Assembly: GCA_015523565.1 (NCBI GenBank)
Contig: WAKA01000129.1
Span: 1 to 11,753 of the forward strand
Reading direction: 5' to 3'
DNA: 11,753 nucleotides
Source: Candidatus Heimdallarchaeota archaeon
Lineage (GTDB): Archaea > Asgardarchaeota > Heimdallarchaeia > Heimdallarchaeales > Kariarchaeaceae
In this document: positions 6,613 through 11,753 of the stretch, piece by piece
Position numbering within the stretch: the stretch's first letter is position 1
How the letters are laid out: every line of letters begins with the position of its first letter
Translations under genes and position numbers: made by a program
The notes under the pieces: model-generated
What the model saw: the letters and a program-made list of their open reading frames with translations, nothing else
What the model was told of the DNA's origin: nothing
Databases searched by the model: none

Positions 6613-8100
6613 ATGAATCCCCAAAGTGCAAATGGATTTTGGTTGAATGACTCATTCATAGAATTCAATGGTAACTTAAACATGACTTTGCTTGACTTTC
6701 TCAGATATTCACAAAATCTGCGTGGCACAAAAATTGGATGTAGGGAAGGTGATTGCGGTGCCTGTGTTGTCATTCAGGGCAAATTTTCAAATGGAAATAT
6801 TAAGTACCAACAGATTGTTTCTTGTCTTACTCCAATGGGGAATGTTATCGGAACGCATATCCTGACAATAGAGGGAATTAATTTACCTAATCAATTGACA
6901 CTCCCCCAAAAGTCCTTGATGGAAACAGGCGGAACACAATGTGGATTCTGTACTGTGGGATTCATAATTTCATTGACCGCATATTGCATGAATGCAAATG
7001 AATTCAACCGAGAAAATGCAATCAAGGCTATTGACGGAAACATTTGCAGATGTACAGGTTATAAGTCAATCATCCGTGCTATAGATATCATCAATTCAAA
7101 ATTACAAGAAATTGATCTAAATCATAGACTTGAACAATTGGTTCAAGCCAATGTGATTCCAATATCCGTAATCAAAGTTGCTAAGCAGATGGAAAGGATA
7201 TCTCCCCCATCAACAAATTCAAATGCATCAACAGTAGTGGGTGGAGGAACAGATCTTTTTGTAATGAAGAGACTTGAAATGCTTGATAAGGATGCAAGGT
7301 ATATTTTACCACTTTCCATGTCAGAAGAGAAAATCATTGAAAGAGATGGAAATATCGTTGTCCATGGATCAACAACTGTAACCGAGTTTGTTGAATCACC
7401 ACTCATACAACAAACTATCCCCAACATTAAAAAAATAGCAAAACTTATCTCAAGCACCCCTATCAGAAATATTGCAACAATCGCTGGAAACTTCGTGAAC
7501 GCATCTCCAATCGGTGATTTGAGCATTTTATTCTTGGCGTTGGATGCAGTCTTGGAAATTAAGGGTCAAGAAGGTATTCGGCAGGTTCCATTGAAAGATT
7601 TCTTTTTACAATATCGTAAGGTTGACTTGAAAAAAAATGAAACAATCCAGTATGTTTCATTCAAAAAGAAAAATCCTTGGCATCTCAATTTTGAAAAAAT
7701 AAGCAAAAGAACCCATTTGGACATTGCTTCCGTCAATTCTGCAATGTCTCTTGAAATTGAAGGGGATACCATAAAAGAAATCCATCTTTCTGTCGGTGGC
7801 GTAAAGGAAATCCCTCTATACCTGTCCCGAACAAACCAATTCCTTGCTGGAAAAAAAATAGATCAAAACACAATAATCCAAGCTCTAGAACAAATCCAGA
7901 ATGAAATAAAACCCATAAGTGATATAAGGGGAAATGAACTATATAAACGCTCTTTGGCATCGAATCTTTTCATAAGCCACCTGATGGAACTTTCTGTTCT
8001 AGATGACAAGAATCAAATCGTGCAGATTATTCCCCAATCCATTAAAATATCTGAAATTCACCATTCAAGACAAGCTAATGGAGGTAAAGCCAATGCTTGA
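6613..8100 (+). CDS. xdhA: Xanthine dehydrogenase small subunit (two [2Fe-2S] clusters plus FAD domain), 495 aa
   Basis: GTKIGCREGDCGAC...SCL, QCGFCTVG...GNICRCTGY, FAD motifs GGGTDL and IRNIATIAGNFVNASPIGD, KISKRTHLDIASV, PISDIRG. Confidence 0.95.
   Translation: MNPQSANGFWLNDSFIEFNGNLNMTLLDFLRYSQNLRGTKIGCREGDCGACVVIQGKFSNGNIKYQQIVSCLTPMGNVIGTHILTIEGINLPNQLTLPQKSLMETGGTQCGFCTVGFIISLTAYCMNANEFNRENAIKAIDGNICRCTGYKSIIRAIDIINSKLQEIDLNHRLEQLVQANVIPISVIKVAKQMERISPPSTNSNASTVVGGGTDLFVMKRLEMLDKDARYILPLSMSEEKIIERDGNIVVHGSTTVTEFVESPLIQQTIPNIKKIAKLISSTPIRNIATIAGNFVNASPIGDLSILFLALDAVLEIKGQEGIRQVPLKDFFLQYRKVDLKKNETIQYVSFKKKNPWHLNFEKISKRTHLDIASVNSAMSLEIEGDTIKEIHLSVGGVKEIPLYLSRTNQFLAGKKIDQNTIIQALEQIQNEIKPISDIRGNELYKRSLASNLFISHLMELSVLDDKNQIVQIIPQSIKISEIHHSRQANGGKANA
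8080..8085 (+). promoter_or_regulatory. Shine-Dalgarno site for xdhB
   Basis: GGAGGT ends 7 nt before ATG 8093. That ATG overlaps the end of xdhA (stop 8098-8100) by 8 nt, consistent with translational coupling. Confidence 0.8.
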
Positions 8101-10387
8101 AAAACTGAAAACCAAAATCAAGGAAATAAAAAACATTGATTCTACAGGTCATGTCACTGGTCGTTCAATGTATGTTGATGATATCATAGAAAGAGCTGAT
8201 ACACTCTTTGCTGGTGTTTTGACCTCTCCTGTTTCCAAGGGAAAAATTGTCCAAATCAATGTGGATAAGGCCCTTGAAATTGATGGAATCAATTGTATAC
8301 TTCTTGCAACTGATATTCCAGGTGAAAACCAAATTGGAGGAATTTTACCTGATGAACCCCTTTTGGCTGAAAATGAAGTCCATTACATGGGTCAACCAAT
8401 AGCTGTGTTGGTTGGAGAAGACGAAAACTGTATTCATAAGGCAATTTCCCTAATTGATCTGGAAATAGAAAAGGAAATTCCCATAACCGATCCAAAAACT
8501 GCTTTCCAAAAGGGCAAAATTCTGCTTCCACCTCGAACCTTCAGATTGGGAAATACCGAAGAGGAATTCTCGAAAAAAGACCTTGTCATTGTGGAAGGCT
8601 CTTGCGATATAGGTGGACAAGAGCATTTGTATCTTGAAACACAAGGCGCATATGCCATTCCCAAAGAAAAGGGAATCTATGTAATTTCCTCGACACAGAG
8701 CCCAACCGCGGTTCAAAGAACAATTGCAAAAGTCTTGGGGTGGTCAATGCACCAAGTTGAGGTTGACGTTACACGACTAGGTGGCGGATTTGGAGGGAAA
8801 GAGGATCAGGCAACTCCATGGGCTTGTATGGCTGCATTAGCTGCGGTTCGTATGAATAAACCTGTAAAATTAATTCTAGACAGATATGTTGATATCAGAA
8901 GCACAGGCAAAAGACATCGATATATGGCTGATTACAGGATTTGCTCAACAAAAGACGGAATGATACAAGCATATGAGGTCATGTTTTATCAAGACGCAGG
9001 TGCCGCGGCAGACCTCTCCCCCGCAGTCCTTGAACGCACTTTATTCCATTTCACCAATGCTTATTTCATACCAAATGTGACTGCAACAGCTGTGAGCTGT
9101 AAAACCAATCTTCCCCCAAATACAGCATTCAGGGGATTTGGTGGACCACAAGGGATGTTCGTAATTGAAGCTGCAATTACACGTCTTGCAGACAAACTGA
9201 AACTCCCAAGAGAGGAGGTTCAAAAGAAAAATCTCCTAAAGGAAAATGACCTCCTCCCTTATGGACAAATAGTGAGAAATGTCAAAACCAACCTAAGTTG
9301 GGATACATTAATTACAAACTTTGATATAAACAAAAGAATTGCATCTATAAATAAATTCAATGAGGAGAACAAACTTAAAAAGAAAGGATATGCATTCATG
9401 CCCATTTGCTTTGGCATTTCATTTACAAAAACGAGCTTGAACCAAGCATCTTCCCTTGTCAACATTTATTATGACGGAAGTGTTGGAATTTCTACAGGTG
9501 CCGTCGAAATGGGTCAAGGAGTCAATACCCGAATTGCCCAAGTTCCTATGACTGTTTTCAGCCTCCCTCTCAATAAAATAAAAATTGAAACAACCAATAC
9601 CACCCGTATAATCAACACCTCTCCATCCGCCGCAAGCTCCACTGCTGATTTAAATGGAAAGGCAACAGAACTGGCATGCATGACTCTAAAGGAAAGACTT
9701 TTGCAATTTGCATCGGAACTGCTGGAAACCCCTATGGAACAACTGGATTTTGAAGATCTATATGTTACCAATAATAATCAAAAAACCTCCCTTTCTTGGG
9801 ACGAGCTGATTTCAAAAGCTTATGAAAACAGAATCAGCCTTTCAGAAAAAGGATTTTATGCAACTCCTAGTATCCATTTCGATTCTTCCATCGAAAAAGG
9901 TCATCCATTTGCATATCATGTTTACGGCACTTCATTCCATGAAGTGACAATTGATGTCGTTAAAGGTACATATTCATTGGATTATGTTGCTGTTGTCCAT
10001 GATGTCGGTAAATCCATGAATAAATTGATTGATCAAGGGCAACTGGAAGGTGGATTGGTTCAGGGAATTGGATGGATGACACTGGAAGAACTTCGTTATT
10101 CTGATGAGGGTAGACTTCTTTCCAATTCGTTGTCAACCTATAAGGTGCCTGACATCTATTCCATCCCCAAAGTACTTGAAACAATGTTCCTTGAAGACCC
10201 TGAACCTCATGGACTTCTAAAATCAAAGGCAATTGGAGAACCCCCCCTTATGTATGGAATAGGGACATATTTTGCATTGCTCAATGCCATTAATCAATAT
10301 ACGGGAAAATTACCTAATACAATAATTTCCCCAATGACACCTGAACGGCTATTTACCTTCCTCCATTTATCGCGCCATCATCCTTAA
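8093..10387 (+). CDS. xdhB: Xanthine dehydrogenase molybdopterin-binding subunit, ~764 aa (track start 8003 is probably too early)
   Basis: HVTGRSMYVDD, GGQEHLYLETQ, RLGGGFGGKED, VLERTLFH, TAFRGFGGPQG, GISFT, GAVEMGQG, DQGQLEGGLVQGIGW and SKAIGEPPL. These include equivalents of the bovine XOR active-site residues Glu802, Arg880, Phe914, Phe1009, Thr1010 and Glu1261. Confidence 0.96.
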   Translation: MLEKLKTKIKEIKNIDSTGHVTGRSMYVDDIIERADTLFAGVLTSPVSKGKIVQINVDKALEIDGINCILLATDIPGENQIGGILPDEPLLAENEVHYMGQPIAVLVGEDENCIHKAISLIDLEIEKEIPITDPKTAFQKGKILLPPRTFRLGNTEEEFSKKDLVIVEGSCDIGGQEHLYLETQGAYAIPKEKGIYVISSTQSPTAVQRTIAKVLGWSMHQVEVDVTRLGGGFGGKEDQATPWACMAALAAVRMNKPVKLILDRYVDIRSTGKRHRYMADYRICSTKDGMIQAYEVMFYQDAGAAADLSPAVLERTLFHFTNAYFIPNVTATAVSCKTNLPPNTAFRGFGGPQGMFVIEAAITRLADKLKLPREEVQKKNLLKENDLLPYGQIVRNVKTNLSWDTLITNFDINKRIASINKFNEENKLKKKGYAFMPICFGISFTKTSLNQASSLVNIYYDGSVGISTGAVEMGQGVNTRIAQVPMTVFSLPLNKIKIETTNTTRIINTSPSAASSTADLNGKATELACMTLKERLLQFASELLETPMEQLDFEDLYVTNNNQKTSLSWDELISKAYENRISLSEKGFYATPSIHFDSSIEKGHPFAYHVYGTSFHEVTIDVVKGTYSLDYVAVVHDVGKSMNKLIDQGQLEGGLVQGIGWMTLEELRYSDEGRLLSNSLSTYKVPDIYSIPKVLETMFLEDPEPHGLLKSKAIGEPPLMYGIGTYFALLNAINQYTGKLPNTIISPMTPERLFTFLHLSRHHP

Positions 10388-10585
10388 CCGCATTTCCAAG
10401 GTTTCTGGCGTTTCATTCATGAAATCTCCAATGAATCCCCGTGTTGATAGACTTCTTGGATCTATCTCTTTTTCTTTCTTGGATTCAGAGATTGATGCCA
10501 TCAGCATCTCCGCCAACTTTTTCCTTAGCATCGGGTTCTGATGCAATTCTTCCATTAATTTTACTGCAATGCTACCATCATCCAT
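10367..10585 (-). CDS. Small hypothetical helical protein, 72 aa
   Basis: ATG-started ORF filling the gap between xdhB and the second EamA gene. Composition is protein-like, charged and amphipathic. Its 3' end overlaps xdhB by 21 nt. No family recognised. Confidence 0.65.
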   Translation of the reverse strand: MDDGSIAVKLMEELHQNPMLRKKLAEMLMASISESKKEKEIDPRSLSTRGFIGDFMNETPETLEMRLRMMAR

Positions 10586-10640
10586 ATTCCATCGCTTATA
10601 TTTAGTGTAAACTTGCTATTAAGTCTATCTACCAGAAAAT

Positions 10641-11501
10641 TCAAAGTGCCATGATCATTCCTGCGCCGATTACCATTAAAATCATCCCTGGAATACGTTC
10701 CTTGACCCTTTCATGAAGAAACTTTTTTGCTAGATACGCCGTTACAAATGTTGATAGCAAACTCAAAGGTTCTGCTACTGTAACTTCCAGATTAATTATT
10801 GCAATCAATAAAAACAGGTAACTCCAACCATTCGTCAATGATGCCGCAAATATGACTTTGGGTTTAGAATTGAGTAATTCTTTGATTATCCAACCATTCC
10901 TACGGTAAACAACTACCAATAGCAAAAAAAATCCGATCAGAAAATTTGTCAACCATGCATATAATATCTCATTTACCTCTTGAATTATCAGTGTATCCAA
11001 TGTCCTGCCGATGGCTATGAAAAAAGACCCCAAAATCATGAAAAGGGACGCTTTTGAGGATTTTACGGTTTGAAGTTTTGTCCATAGATTTCCCTCATGA
11101 AGTAAAAATACTCCTATAAACATTCCTATAGCACCAACAACTCGAAAAATTGTAATGTGGTCTTCCAAAAACAAATATCCAAGAAACATCAACCAAAGGA
11201 TTGATGAATTATACAAAGGTGCAACCAATGAGGCGTCACCAACTGAAAGTGCTTTAACATAGGCAAAAAATCCCAATGAATAACTCAAAGAACTCAACAA
11301 TGCAAGAAGCATAAAATGACTTGATATGAAATATGCCGATTTAGGAATAAAAAACAATACTGGTGCCAACAAAATCCCAGCCAATAAAAAGAAAATCGTG
11401 GAGACCACAACAGAATCAAATTTTTCCAGCTTTTTCAAAAATATCCGTTCAGATCCCAACAACAATATCCGTGCAGATAACGCAAAATACCCAACTATCA
11501 T
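10641..11501 (-). CDS. EamA/DMT-family transporter, 286 aa
   Basis: Two five-helix repeats: KALSVGDASLVAPL...FLFLEDHIT and EVTVAEPL...KFLHERV...GMILMVIGA. Confidence 0.92.
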   Translation of the reverse strand: MIVGYFALSARILLLGSERIFLKKLEKFDSVVVSTIFFLLAGILLAPVLFFIPKSAYFISSHFMLLALLSSLSYSLGFFAYVKALSVGDASLVAPLYNSSILWLMFLGYLFLEDHITIFRVVGAIGMFIGVFLLHEGNLWTKLQTVKSSKASLFMILGSFFIAIGRTLDTLIIQEVNEILYAWLTNFLIGFFLLLVVVYRRNGWIIKELLNSKPKVIFAASLTNGWSYLFLLIAIINLEVTVAEPLSLLSTFVTAYLAKKFLHERVKERIPGMILMVIGAGMIMAL

Positions 11502-11651
11502 TGATATTTTTTTTCATAATGGGATTTATCTATTGTAGTCTCGGTAATTTCAATTCACTAAATTTATGATGCTTAATTGTGTATCTTTATGATTATTTTT
11601 TATTGAATCATCACTCGAAAAATTAATCAGTATATTATTTTCCCCTATTAT

Positions 11652-11753
11652 GTGCTTTCTTTCGATGAATTAATTTTTTATATTCAATTATTGGGCACTT
11701 TCTTTTTCATTGCTTCTTTCTTCTCAAGCATCATTCTCTACAAGAAATATCGG
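11652..11753 (+). CDS. 5' end of a probable membrane protein (partial, runs off the window)
   Basis: From GTG 11652: MLSFDELIFYIQLLGTFFFIASFFSSIILYKKYR, a hydrophobic helix followed by basic residues, open to the window end. CGAAA-AATTAAT lies about 25-36 nt upstream. Confidence 0.55.
   Translation, partial: MLSFDELIFYIQLLGTFFFIASFFSSIILYKKYR

Noticed and set aside
8003-8092. Extended xdhB N-terminus giving a 98-nt overlap with xdhA
   Set aside because: A strong GGAGGT precedes ATG 8093 and family similarity starts after it, so the extension is probably not translated.
5575-10232. Many minus-strand ORFs of 60-127 aa across xdhCAB
   Set aside because: Antisense shadows of highly conserved genes.
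11501-11517. Upstream ATG plus A8 run as a phase-variable start of the second eamA
   Set aside because: Loss of one A would add only five residues to a gene that already has its own ATG, and 8-nt homopolymers are common in this AT-rich DNA.
11326-11569. Plus-strand ORFs 11326-11538 and 11363-11569
   Set aside because: Largely antisense to the EamA gene and without motifs.
1-11753. CRISPR arrays, tRNA/rRNA genes, IS elements, selenocysteine recoding in xdh
   Set aside because: By eye I found no regularly spaced repeats, cloverleaf or rRNA-like segments, or transposase ORFs, and the xdh frames contain no in-frame TGA. A covariance-model search would be needed to exclude small ncRNAs.

Overview
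AT-rich, gene-dense prokaryotic window, probably archaeal. TATA-like boxes lie about 22-33 nt upstream of several start codons, the one strong Shine-Dalgarno site I found is inside an operon, and one protein carries a PCNA-type PIP box. An Asgard/Heimdallarchaeia-like host is my guess only. Left to right: (1) a C5 DNA methyltransferase, divergent from what looks like the C-terminal remnant of a type II restriction endonuclease; (2) a minus-strand run of EamA transporter, amidase-signature enzyme, an unannotated 52-aa ORF and an alpha/beta-hydrolase-fold protein lacking its catalytic serine; (3) a divergent, intact xdhC-xdhA-xdhB xanthine dehydrogenase cluster; (4) a 72-aa orphan ORF overlapping the xdhB 3' end, a second EamA transporter and the start of a membrane protein that runs off the right edge. 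The most interesting signal is a canonical PIP box (QTSLEEFY) in a loop of the apparently orphaned methyltransferase, which suggests sliding-clamp-coupled, DNMT1-like methylation. I saw no rRNA, tRNA, CRISPR array or transposase.
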